DNA of 40,181 nucleotides from an uncultured Chitinophaga sp. Lineage in GTDB: Bacteria > Bacteroidota > Bacteroidia > NS11-12g > UBA955. The notes beneath the pieces were generated by a model. That model searched no databases. It was given only the letters and a program-made list of their open reading frames with translations, and had not been told where the DNA came from. The position numbers and the translations under genes are program-made. Below are positions 18,669-27,176 of this stretch, piece after piece (the stretch's first letter is position 1; each line of letters opens with the position of its first letter). The stretch spans positions 1-40,181 of the forward strand of contig CAZRKA010000004.1 of the NCBI GenBank assembly GCA_964600345.1. The letters are read 5' to 3'.

Positions 18669-19427
18669 ATGAAAAAACTGGAAAACAAAGTAGCAGTTAT
18701 TACCGGGGCAGGATCAGGTATGGGAAAAGCCATGGCTCTGCTTTTTACCTCCGAAGGGTGTAAGGTAATTGCAGCTGATGTCAGCAGCGAAAGACTGGCA
18801 ATACTTAAAAAAGAAAGCAGCGGCGATCTGGAAATTTCAAAGACTGACATGTCCAGCGAAGTTGATATAGAAGCCATGATAGCGCTCGCTGTTACAAAAT
18901 ACGGTACAATCGATATACTGATCAACAACGCAGGTATCATGGATAATTTTCAGCCTGTTGCCGAATTGGATAATGCGGAATGGGAGAGGGTTATGAAAAT
19001 AAATACTGAAGGACCCTTTAAAGCTATGCGTGCAGCACTGAAAATTTTTCTGGCCAAAGGGAAAGGGAATATCATCAACATCTGTTCTATCGGCGGCCTG
19101 AAGGGAGGCGTTGCCGGAGCTGCATATACTGCAAGTAAACACGCTTTAATTGGACTGACTAAAAACACCGGATACATATATTCAAAATCCGGAATACGTT
19201 GCAATGCAATTGCCCCGGGTGCGGTATCAACCAATATAGCAGAAACTATAGATTTCAGCAAAATGACTCCATTGATACAGGAGAGAATAATGTCGGGTAT
19301 CGCATTAAATCCCAGAAACGGTGATCCTTCAGAAATAGCAGCGGCTGCATTGTTTCTTGCCTCTGATGATTCCAGTTTTGTGAATGCGGAAGTCCTCGTC
19401 GTGGACGGCGGCTGGAGTGCCTATTAA
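18669..19427 (+). CDS. SDR-family oxidoreductase (3-oxoacyl-ACP reductase-like)
   Basis: TGAGSGMGKA (TGxxxGxG), NNAG and YTASKHA (YxxxK catalytic motif). Confidence 0.9.
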   Translation: MKKLENKVAVITGAGSGMGKAMALLFTSEGCKVIAADVSSERLAILKKESSGDLEISKTDMSSEVDIEAMIALAVTKYGTIDILINNAGIMDNFQPVAELDNAEWERVMKINTEGPFKAMRAALKIFLAKGKGNIINICSIGGLKGGVAGAAYTASKHALIGLTKNTGYIYSKSGIRCNAIAPGAVSTNIAETIDFSKMTPLIQERIMSGIALNPRNGDPSEIAAAALFLASDDSSFVNAEVLVVDGGWSAY

Positions 19428-19447
19428 TTCAGGAGGAGATTAAAAAC

Positions 19448-21265
19448 TCAGCGGGTGTATTTCCACCTTCTGTACCACATATTCAGCAAGCCGAAAAGCA
19501 GTACAACTGATACAGGTATTACAGTATTAATCAACTGCCATCGTGTTTTTTCGCTGAACATTTCACCTTCGGCTTTCGGCGAATCTATTCTGGGTTTATC
19601 CAATAGCCTCAAACTGATTTCCTTTGTGCGTATATCAATCAGACCGCTCTCGTCAAACATAAAATCGAAACAGTTGAGCAGGAATTTCTTATTGGCAAAC
19701 TGCCTGCCGGTTTCACGGTCGAATCCCAAAGGATAAACATCGCCGGTGCTTGGTCTTACATTATTTAGTCCCAAATCCCCGTCGGCTATCACTATCATGC
19801 TGTTGTTCACTTTCTCTTTAACAGGGAATTCATATATCTTATCAGGACGTCTGAAATTGGATTTAAATTCACCTTCAAGCAATACACCTGCTACCTGTGT
19901 GCCTGATTTAAATGTTTGCAGGTACTTTCTGTCGTAATTATTGGCTACTATACCCAGATCAACAAATGCAGGAGCATCCTGCAGTTTAGTGCGGTCGCTG
20001 CTCATTAAGAGATTGGTTATTTTCAGATTTTTACGTGAAATCGGCTTAAGAGAGCCGCTGTACCTGCCCCAAACTACTTCAAGATTTTTAACAATAGGAT
20101 GTTCATTGCCTTTGAACGCAAAAAGAGGATAATAAACCCAGCCGAATGGTATCATTTGTCCCGGACGCGATGGATCATTCAATACAATGTCATTGCATTG
20201 CAGATCCATCAGGAGGTTGGAATTCAACCTGACTCCGTAGTTGAAAAGCATGGTGCGAAGGTTTTCATTGTTGTAATCCGGGAAAAAAGCCTTGGTTTGA
20301 CGTCTTAAACTATAGTGCTCTGCCAGTATCGGGTCTATCATCCAGATAGTTTTGCCTCCGTGCATGATGTACTGGTCAAGTATATAAGCCTCGTCTTTCT
20401 GAAGAGGTTCCGTAGGTTTAATGACAACGATACCGTCATACATTTTAAGCATTTCAAGAGATTTCAATACAATTTGTTTTCCAAGTGTATCGTAATTTTT
20501 GCTGCTTTCTGTGAGATAAACAAACTGTCTGAGAAAATTTTCATCGCCAAGATCGAATAAAACCCTGTCTATGCTGTAGTTCTCGCTTAATGAAGCCAGC
20601 AGTTCGTCTGTATGGGCTGCATCGGGTTCTCCATGTCCGTGAAGAAAAGCAATCTTTTTAGGGGTTTTATTGATGCATTTCCGGATGGCATTGGCAATTT
20701 CATATTCCAGTCCTTCAATGGACTTATTAATCGCGTTTTCTTCTGCTCTGCCCATTTCGGTATTGAGGAGGTTGACGACATACTCTTTGTTGTTGCCGTA
20801 TGTAACTTCGGCAGAAGGAAGAATCAGATTTCGTTTCTGCTGATCAGCCCCCACTTCGATATCATTGAAATACATGACGCCCTTTTCATTGAGTTGTTTG
20901 ATTATCTCAGCCTTTTCTTTATCTGTCTTATCTTTGAAAACGTTTACAAATTCGAAATCTATTTTATTGCCGCTCAAATCCCTGAATTCACTCAATATAT
21001 CGAGCGTTGCCGTGCGAAGACGTTTAAACCCGCTCGAAAGATTTTCACCTTCCAGATAAACCTTAAAATACATCCTGTCATTTACCTTTTCTGCCAGATT
21101 TTTTGATGTTTCGGATAATGTAAAACGCTTTTCCTCTGTCAGGTCAAACTTTTTATAGTACTGCGACGACAAAATATTGGCAATCACAATTACAACAAAT
21201 AACAACAACAATTCTATCATAGACTGTTGCCTGACACCTCTTTTCTGTTTATTTGCTTTTACCAT
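19448..21265 (-). CDS. gldG: gliding motility-associated ABC transporter auxiliary protein GldG
   Basis: 605 aa with an N-terminal TM anchor, a long extracytoplasmic region and a C-terminal TM (VIPVSVVLLFGLLNMWYRRWKY). It overlaps gldF by 7 nt. Position and architecture match GldG. Confidence 0.85.
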   Translation of the reverse strand: MVKANKQKRGVRQQSMIELLLLFVVIVIANILSSQYYKKFDLTEEKRFTLSETSKNLAEKVNDRMYFKVYLEGENLSSGFKRLRTATLDILSEFRDLSGNKIDFEFVNVFKDKTDKEKAEIIKQLNEKGVMYFNDIEVGADQQKRNLILPSAEVTYGNNKEYVVNLLNTEMGRAEENAINKSIEGLEYEIANAIRKCINKTPKKIAFLHGHGEPDAAHTDELLASLSENYSIDRVLFDLGDENFLRQFVYLTESSKNYDTLGKQIVLKSLEMLKMYDGIVVIKPTEPLQKDEAYILDQYIMHGGKTIWMIDPILAEHYSLRRQTKAFFPDYNNENLRTMLFNYGVRLNSNLLMDLQCNDIVLNDPSRPGQMIPFGWVYYPLFAFKGNEHPIVKNLEVVWGRYSGSLKPISRKNLKITNLLMSSDRTKLQDAPAFVDLGIVANNYDRKYLQTFKSGTQVAGVLLEGEFKSNFRRPDKIYEFPVKEKVNNSMIVIADGDLGLNNVRPSTGDVYPLGFDRETGRQFANKKFLLNCFDFMFDESGLIDIRTKEISLRLLDKPRIDSPKAEGEMFSEKTRWQLINTVIPVSVVLLFGLLNMWYRRWKYTR

Positions 21266-21987
21266 TTTCTGCTGTTAAAAATAATTTTGGTTAACCAGAT
21301 AAAGAATACAATCAAACTGATAAAATAAACCACATCCCGCGTATCCACCACACCGCGACTAATATTGCGGTAATGGTAATTGATGCTCAGCCATTCAATA
21401 AAAAACTCACTGTCCTTAAATAAACTGAATGAACCCAGGTAATCGAAAACAGAATAAAAGAAGAAACACAAGAACATACTGATAATGAAAGAAACTATCT
21501 GATTATCGGTAATGACACTGGAGAATAAACCTATTGAAACATAACCCGCACTCAGCATCAGCAGTCCGGTATAACTTCCCCAGATGGCACCGCTGTCCAC
21601 ATTTCCGGCAGGTACAGCCAGTTTGCTTACTGTATAATAGTAAATGAAAGTAGGCAATATCGAAAACATCACAATAATCAATCCTGCCAGATATTTACCC
21701 ATGATGATGGATAGATCTGTAACAGGCTTGGTTGTGAGGGTTTCGAATGTTCCGGTCTTTTTTTCTTCGCTGAATGATCGCATGGTTATGGCCGAAATCA
21801 GGAATATGAATATTATTGGAGCCAGTTCAAACAGCGGATCTATATTGGCATAACCGTTGTCGAGTATGTTTGTTTCTCTGAAAACCCAAAGAAACAAGCC
21901 ATTCGCGATCAGAAATACAACAATCACAATTATGGCTATCAGTGAGCTTAAGAAACTTCTGATTTCTTTTCTAAGTATACTCAGCAT
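21259..21987 (-). CDS. gldF: gliding motility-associated ABC transporter permease GldF
   Basis: 242-aa ABC-2-type permease with about 6 TM helices, located between gldA and gldG. Confidence 0.85.
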   Translation of the reverse strand: MLSILRKEIRSFLSSLIAIIVIVVFLIANGLFLWVFRETNILDNGYANIDPLFELAPIIFIFLISAITMRSFSEEKKTGTFETLTTKPVTDLSIIMGKYLAGLIIVMFSILPTFIYYYTVSKLAVPAGNVDSGAIWGSYTGLLMLSAGYVSIGLFSSVITDNQIVSFIISMFLCFFFYSVFDYLGSFSLFKDSEFFIEWLSINYHYRNISRGVVDTRDVVYFISLIVFFIWLTKIIFNSRKW

Positions 21988-21988
21988 C

Positions 21989-22897
21989 TTATTTTGTTAC
22001 ATTTTTAAATACATCTTCCAGACTGCTTTCCAGCAGTTTCATTTCGGTGAGAATCAGTTTTTGCTGTACCGCAAAATTAAATACGGCTGATTTAAGTGCT
22101 TCAGCTTCGGTTTTAGAATTAACAGTATAGCTGGTATCACCGGTTTGAATGGCATCACCAATGCTGTTAAGTGCAACCAGTTGCCCGTCGCTAAGAGCCT
22201 GGTTAAAGGTTACCTGTATAATATTATCAGGTCTGAAATCGTTTTTCAATTCTTCGGGTTTGCCATTTGCAACAATTTTACCACGGTTGACAATCATAAC
22301 CCGGTTGCACATAGCTTCAACCTCCTGCATGATATGTGTTGAAAGCATTACCGTTTTATCTTTGCCAATATCGGTAATCAGTTTGCGTATTTCCACGATC
22401 TGATTAGGATCAAGTCCACTTGTTGGTTCGTCGAGAATAAGGACTTTCGGATTGTGAATTATAGCCTGAGCCAATCCAACACGCTGTCTGTATCCTTTAG
22501 AAAGTTGTCCTATTTTTTTGTTTTGTTCAAGCTGCAATCCGGTAAGTTCTATCATCTCTTTTACCCGTTTCTGCTTGTCTTTAATGTGATAAACCGAAGC
22601 GGCAAACATCAGGTACTCCTTGACATACATATCCATATACAAAGGATTGTGCTCGGGGAGATAACCAATTTGTTTCCTCACTTCGATAGAATCTTCTTCG
22701 ACATTGATACCGTTTACCCAGGCAGTTCCTGAACTTGGAGGTATATAACAGGTAAGAATTTTCATGGTTGTGGTTTTTCCGGCTCCGTTAGGGCCAAGAA
22801 AACCGACTATTTCACCACTGTTGATTTCAAATGAGATATTGTCTATCGCATTTTGTTTCTTATAGGTCTTGGTTAAATTTTCGACTCTTATAGACAC
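21989..22897 (-). CDS. gldA: gliding motility-associated ABC transporter ATP-binding protein GldA
   Basis: Walker A GPNGAGKTT, signature LSKGYRQR, Walker B VLILDEPTSGLD. IGYLPEHNPLY...KIGQLSKGYRQRVGLAQA...KTVMLSTHIMQEVEA closely matches GldA of Flavobacterium johnsoniae as I remember it. GTG start. Confidence 0.9.
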   Translation of the reverse strand: MSIRVENLTKTYKKQNAIDNISFEINSGEIVGFLGPNGAGKTTTMKILTCYIPPSSGTAWVNGINVEEDSIEVRKQIGYLPEHNPLYMDMYVKEYLMFAASVYHIKDKQKRVKEMIELTGLQLEQNKKIGQLSKGYRQRVGLAQAIIHNPKVLILDEPTSGLDPNQIVEIRKLITDIGKDKTVMLSTHIMQEVEAMCNRVMIVNRGKIVANGKPEELKNDFRPDNIIQVTFNQALSDGQLVALNSIGDAIQTGDTSYTVNSKTEAEALKSAVFNFAVQQKLILTEMKLLESSLEDVFKNVTK

Positions 22898-22948
22898 TTC
22901 TGATTGCTTTGGTTTGCGAAATTAACGACAATAATCGAAATAATATTG

Positions 22949-22956
22949 CAAACATA
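22949..22956 (-). promoter_or_regulatory. candidate -7 box (TATGTTTG) for gldAFG
   Basis: The reverse complement of caaacata is an exact TAnnTTTG, 52 nt upstream of the gldA GTG. Confidence 0.35.
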
Positions 22957-22992
22957 TTAACCACTGTATAATAGGTATACAGATAAGAATAC

Positions 22993-24432
22993 TCAGTCCA
23001 GATACCAGATTTCTATCTGGCCTTCGCGTTTAATCAGTCTTTTATTGCCAATTTGTGAAAGCACTGATTGCATCTCTTCATTTGAATAAACCAGCAGATA
23101 CCTGCATCCGTTTTCTCTCGCTATTTCAATCAGAGTTTTTTCGCCTTTCAATTCCAGGAGTTCTCCGGGATTTGCAAATGAATAACCCTTGCTGCCGGTA
23201 AAATAAAAGTAAACACAACCTGATATGTCAGGGCCTATGATGGTTTTTGCCCCTGATGGTATTGAAGCTGCTATTGACAATCTGCTTGTTTTATCAGCAA
23301 ATTCAGATGGTATTCCTCTTTTATCGCCCGACCAACGGCTTGGAATCACTCTGGCAAATGCCCACAAATAATTGAGAAAACATATCAATACGAGAATTTT
23401 CAAACCGTTTTTTTCATTTATCAGTCCCTTTAGCAGCAATACCACCGGCAAGGGAATAAGCGCCATAAAATAATAACTATGATGCTGCATCCTTTCAATT
23501 GCTATGGCGTAGAATATTGTAAACCCAAAAAACCAGATTAAATACATGATTGTTGATTTATTGTAACGCAGTTTTTTTAAATTCCTTAAGCCGATAATTA
23601 TCAGCCCTGCAAATAATGGCCATCCTGTCAGCAATTCAGGTAAATCTGAAATCAAATTTGTTCCAATGGTTTGAAGTACGACCGAACTATTTACAGGTTT
23701 GATCCATAAGCCGTATTCTTTCAGATTATTGAGAGCAATCTGATCCAGGGCATAACGGTACCAAAGCAAGACAGGCAACACTGTCAAAATTACCAGACCT
23801 ATCGTTAAAATAATTTGCTTTCTGTTTAATTTAATAAATGCGATTGATGATGCCGGTATAATGAGAAATTGAAACTTTATCATGCCTGCCAGTATGCAGA
23901 GTATCAAAGCGGCAAATACATAAAATAATTGTTCCTTTTGGTAAAATATCAAAAGCGTATACAAGGCGAAAACAGAAAAACACAGGGCAAGAATATCCGG
24001 CATAGCGTTTATGCTGTCATAGTATATCTGTGGAACAGAAAGAAGTAAAAGGGAAGAAGTTATTGCATAATTTCCTGAAATACCCTTTGCGCTTAAGACT
24101 AAATAAAATCCAAGCATTATCAGACTTGATATAAACAGGCTGTAGTACCTTGCTATGATTTCAAAATCCGGTGAATTCCCGGCTATGGCTGCCAGCGTCC
24201 ACTCATATAAAGGAAAGTGGGATCCGGTAATACCATTGGTTTCGTTGCGCCTGTCTATTCTGGATTCAAGGATATTCATGCTTTCTTGTGCAAAATTCCT
24301 GCTCATAGCCAGGGTGTTGCACTGTCTCCATACATGACTACCTGAAGGAGGTAAATTCATGAATGGCAAATGAACTAATAAATTAAAAAAGAAGAAGAGA
24401 AGAAATACCTTCAGCGTATTGAGTCGCATCAT
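22993..24432 (-). CDS. ArnT/PMT_2-like (GT39/GT83-type) GT-C-fold membrane glycosyltransferase
   Basis: LPPSGSHVWRQCNTLAMSRNFAQES...ETNGITGSHFPLYEW resembles the first-loop region of ArnT-like enzymes. About 11 helices are followed by a roughly 110-aa soluble C-terminal domain. The start lies 3 nt after the tau-frame stop. Confidence 0.65.
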   Translation of the reverse strand: MMRLNTLKVFLLFFFFNLLVHLPFMNLPPSGSHVWRQCNTLAMSRNFAQESMNILESRIDRRNETNGITGSHFPLYEWTLAAIAGNSPDFEIIARYYSLFISSLIMLGFYLVLSAKGISGNYAITSSLLLLSVPQIYYDSINAMPDILALCFSVFALYTLLIFYQKEQLFYVFAALILCILAGMIKFQFLIIPASSIAFIKLNRKQIILTIGLVILTVLPVLLWYRYALDQIALNNLKEYGLWIKPVNSSVVLQTIGTNLISDLPELLTGWPLFAGLIIIGLRNLKKLRYNKSTIMYLIWFFGFTIFYAIAIERMQHHSYYFMALIPLPVVLLLKGLINEKNGLKILVLICFLNYLWAFARVIPSRWSGDKRGIPSEFADKTSRLSIAASIPSGAKTIIGPDISGCVYFYFTGSKGYSFANPGELLELKGEKTLIEIARENGCRYLLVYSNEEMQSVLSQIGNKRLIKREGQIEIWYLD

Positions 24433-24435
24433 TAA

Positions 24436-25044
24436 CTACTGTTTGAGTTTCAACCTGAACTGATTGACCATTTTTCTGAAAAGTTCATTTTCACCCAGCA
24501 TTTCTTCAAACTGTTCGGCCGCCGTATAAGCCTGTCTTTTGGTGTTGGCTTTCTCGTCTATAGTAAACAGTAATGTAATCTCAGGGTCATTGAAATACTG
24601 TTTCAAAAAAGCTTGCCAGTCTATTTTAATATCGCCGATAAATTCTTCCTGCTGTTTGGTCATGGTTACATTCACCTGTTTTCCTGTTAACTCCGGAATC
24701 AGGAGTTTAATCAACGGCATTATCGATACTTTTTGCCTTCCTGCAAACAGTCCGAATGCCTTAAGAAGGTTGTCCCTGTTTAATTCAACAGTTACCTGAG
24801 TCAGCACTTTTTCCGTTTCCTGATTTTCTTCTTCGGTTTCTTTCAGGTGATTTTCTGCTGATTTATCGGCTTCCTCAACAATTTCTGCCATAGAAATCTG
24901 CACGGGAACTGCGGTTTCTTTTCTGGGAATTCTGGGAAGTTTAAAGCTTTTATCAGCCAGTTCAGGTTCCCTGATGGCGTGTACAGGAAGCTGATTTTCT
25001 TTGTGAACAGGTGCACTGAGTTTTTTGCTCAGGTACTCATCACT
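24436..25044 (-). CDS. dnaX: DNA polymerase III tau C-terminal extension, in the -1 frame relative to dnaX (reachable only by frameshift, slippage, or correction of a sequencing error)
   Basis: Hand translation of the -1 frame starting in the A10 run: SDEYLSKKLSAPVHKENQLPVHAIREPELADKSFKLPRIPRKETAVPV. It continues without a stop into the 155-aa ORF at 24436-24903. The segment contains an acidic/Lys-rich linker and a conserved-looking tail (NDPEITLLFTIDEK...AEQFEEMLGENELFRKMVNQFRLKLKQ). Confidence 0.7.
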   Translation of the reverse strand, partial: SDEYLSKKLSAPVHKENQLPVHAIREPELADKSFKLPRIPRKETAVPVQISMAEIVEEADKSAENHLKETEEENQETEKVLTQVTVELNRDNLLKAFGLFAGRQKVSIMPLIKLLIPELTGKQVNVTMTKQQEEFIGDIKIDWQAFLKQYFNDPEITLLFTIDEKANTKRQAYTAAEQFEEMLGENELFRKMVNQFRLKLKQ

Positions 25045-26138
25045 TTTTTTTTTATTTCCTCGAGTGTTGTGGCAGAATTTACCATGCTCCTGATGTGACA
25101 GAGTTTCATCAGAGCCAGTTCAATGTGCAAACGGGGATTCTTGCTGTTTCGGTATTCAACATCAAAATGGTTGTTGATATTCAATCCGTTTAAAAGGAAA
25201 CTAAGGTCTGTTTTCTTGCTTTGCTCTTCGTATTTTACCTTATGTGATTCACCCACATCCAGCAAATGAAGGGTTTCGCTGTCTTTACAAACCATGAGAT
25301 TGCGGAAATGCTCACTCAGACCGTTGAGAAAAAGTTGACCTTCAAAACCTTTGTTCAGAATCTCATCATAGAAATTAAGTACCTGCGAAATATTCTGGTC
25401 GAGTATGGCAGTGGTAATCCTGAAGTAATAGTCTTTATCAAGAATATTGAGATTCTCTACTGCTTTTGCATATGTAATATTTCCGTTGCAATAGCTGACC
25501 ATCTGGTCGTATAAAGAAAGACAATCACGCAACCCACCATCGGCTTTTTCCGCAATAAGATGAAGTGCTTCTTCTTCTGCGGAAACATTTTCCTTTAAAG
25601 TTATTTTCTTCAGATGTTCAACCATGTCACGTATTTGTATACGTTTAAAATTGAAAATCTGACAACGGGAAAGAATAGTGGGTAATATCTTGTGCTTTTC
25701 TGTTGTCGCAAGTATGAAAATAGCGTATTTCGGTGGTTCTTCAAGCGTCTTCAGAAATGCATTGAAGGCCGAAGACGAAAGCATATGAACCTCGTCTATG
25801 ATATAGACTTTATAGTTGCCAACCTGAGGAGGAATCCTGACCTGTTCATTAAGATTGCGTATATCTTCGACGGAATTGTTGCTTGCAGCATCCATTTCGA
25901 AAATATTGAATGCGTAGTCCTGATCAGGGCTGTCGCCCTCTTTTTGATTGATAACTTTGGCAAGTATTCTGGCGCAGGTTGTCTTTCCTACACCTCTGGG
26001 ACCTGTAAACAGAAAAGACTGGGCAAGGTGATTGCTGTTAATTTCGTTTAAAAGGGTTTCGGTAATATGGCTCTGACCAACCACTTCGTCGAAGACGGAT
26101 GGTCTGTATTTGCGGGCCGATACAATAAAGTTTTCCAA
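25029..26138 (-). CDS. dnaX: DNA polymerase III subunit gamma/tau, zero-frame product (clamp-loader domains I-III, gamma-like)
   Basis: ARKYRPSVFDEVVGQSHI, Walker A GPRGVGKTT, Walker B YIIDEVHMLS and TILSRCQ (SRC motif). TTG start. The frame stops 4 codons after the A10 run. Confidence 0.92.
   Translation of the reverse strand: MENFIVSARKYRPSVFDEVVGQSHITETLLNEINSNHLAQSFLFTGPRGVGKTTCARILAKVINQKEGDSPDQDYAFNIFEMDAASNNSVEDIRNLNEQVRIPPQVGNYKVYIIDEVHMLSSSAFNAFLKTLEEPPKYAIFILATTEKHKILPTILSRCQIFNFKRIQIRDMVEHLKKITLKENVSAEEEALHLIAEKADGGLRDCLSLYDQMVSYCNGNITYAKAVENLNILDKDYYFRITTAILDQNISQVLNFYDEILNKGFEGQLFLNGLSEHFRNLMVCKDSETLHLLDVGESHKVKYEEQSKKTDLSFLLNGLNINNHFDVEYRNSKNPRLHIELALMKLCHIRSMVNSATTLEEIKKKVMST
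25044..25053 (-). promoter_or_regulatory. dnaX: A10 homopolymer slippery site in dnaX (candidate -1 recoding or transcriptional slippage site)
   Basis: Minus strand: GAA ATA AAA AAA AAA GTG ATG AGT ACC TGA in the zero frame. The -1 frame reads GGA AAT AAA AAA AAA AGT GAT GAG and remains open. Confidence 0.55.
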
Positions 26139-26161
26139 ATGCTTGAATTCCCTTAGGACTG

Positions 26162-26169
26162 CAAAAGTA
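26162..26169 (-). promoter_or_regulatory. candidate -7 box (TACTTTTG) for dnaX
   Basis: The reverse complement of caaaagta is an exact TAnnTTTG, 24 nt upstream of the dnaX start. Confidence 0.4.
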
Positions 26170-26229
26170 AATTTTTTTTCACCCTAAAAAACACTTGTTG
26201 ATAAAAACTTAGATTCAATGGCAGAGTGC

Positions 26230-26844
26230 TTAAAGTGGCGAAACAGGCTTCTTTGTTTTTTGCGTAAAAACCGGTTTCCAGCTTAAGCCTATTGCCAGTT
26301 GGTTGACCCATTTCACAGGTTTGTGAATCATGAAATTTAATTCTGTGAAAACGCTGAAAAAACGAGCTCCCGAATTAACTATTGCGTAATCAAATTGCAA
26401 ACCGGCCGATGGTGAAAACCTGTTTTCGGCGATTGTTGAACCAGTTCTGTTATCCTGATATATGGCTGACACAAAACAGAAACCGGGATTGAAAGCCAGT
26501 TTTATTCGCCCGTATTTCTTGCCAATGCCGTAGTTAAAATTGAGTCTGCTGCTGCGAAATATCCCGTATTTGCTTGTCCCACGTATAAAACTCAGGATGA
26601 GGTCGCTGTGTATAAATGTTTCCGGATCAATGTAGTTTTCAATACTCACCCTGTAATACTTGCCCGGCAGCTTTAAATTAAATCCGCTTACCGACGTATC
26701 CTTTACCGGTCGCATATACATCCCTGTGAAACCAAAACTGAAAACAGCCCTGCTGTCTGCCATTGCGTTCTGAAAAACAAAATACAGCAACAGCATTCCG
26801 ACGCGGCTTATTATTTTGCTTTTAAAATCTGACTGCAGAGGCAT
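26230..26844 (-). CDS. hypothetical protein, possibly a small outer-membrane beta-barrel
   Basis: 204-aa ORF with a signal-like N-terminus (KIISRVGMLLLYFVFQNAMA) and alternating hydrophobic/aromatic strands. No family recognised. Start uncertain. Confidence 0.5.
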   Translation of the reverse strand: MPLQSDFKSKIISRVGMLLLYFVFQNAMADSRAVFSFGFTGMYMRPVKDTSVSGFNLKLPGKYYRVSIENYIDPETFIHSDLILSFIRGTSKYGIFRSSRLNFNYGIGKKYGRIKLAFNPGFCFVSAIYQDNRTGSTIAENRFSPSAGLQFDYAIVNSGARFFSVFTELNFMIHKPVKWVNQLAIGLSWKPVFTQKTKKPVSPL

Positions 26845-27099
26845 TTGTGCCTCAAATGTCGTTGAATTTTTCAGTATTTCTATTGATTATCCGCATGTAA
26901 ATTCAGGGATATTATACATCGACTCTTAAATCCCTTTGCTGCATTTAAAAATGATTGATTCCTGCTAAATAGCGTCATTTAATTTGACATTAATTCTTAA
27001 CAATAGTATAATTGTATATATGCGTTAATATAAAGCGTCAAGGTAATCGCAGATTATTTTACACATAGAAGACAGGAGTTAATAATTAGCTCATTTCAG

Positions 27100-27130
27100 T
27101 TTGATAATTTGATATTTTATATTACCTTTG
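27100..27130 (+). promoter_or_regulatory. candidate rpsP promoter (-33 TTTG, 19-nt spacer, -7 TACCTTTG)
   Basis: TTTG at 27100-27103 and TACCTTTG at 27123-27130. The spacing matches the published Bacteroides consensus (TTTG, 19-21 nt, TAnnTTTG). The ATG is at 27177. Confidence 0.5.
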
Positions 27131-27134
27131 CACC

Positions 27135-27158
27135 CCGCAAGAAAAGGAGAACTTGCGG
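27135..27158 (+). other. stem-loop in the rpsP 5' leader (CCGCAAG / CTTGCGG, 10-nt loop AAAAGGAGAA) followed by UUUUAAU
   Basis: Perfect 7-bp inverted repeat read directly from the sequence. It starts at about the predicted transcription start. Confidence 0.5.
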
Positions 27159-27176
27159 TTTTAATACATATTTTAT

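Noticed and set aside
22966-22984. AT-rich palindrome CTGTATA-atagg-TATACAG just downstream of the GT-C gene stop.
   Set aside because: The stem is short, AT-rich and has low predicted stability. It cannot be distinguished from chance in AT-rich intergenic DNA.
26845-27176. The longest non-coding stretch in the window (332 nt, AT-rich), containing a DnaA-box-like TTATCCGCA at 26887-26895. Considered as a possible replication origin or ncRNA locus.
   Set aside because: There is only one imperfect DnaA box, no box cluster and no adjacent dnaA or dnaN. The region is better explained as divergent promoter and leader sequence for rpsP and the gene at 26230-26844. No convincing conserved RNA structure is visible apart from the rpsP leader hairpin.
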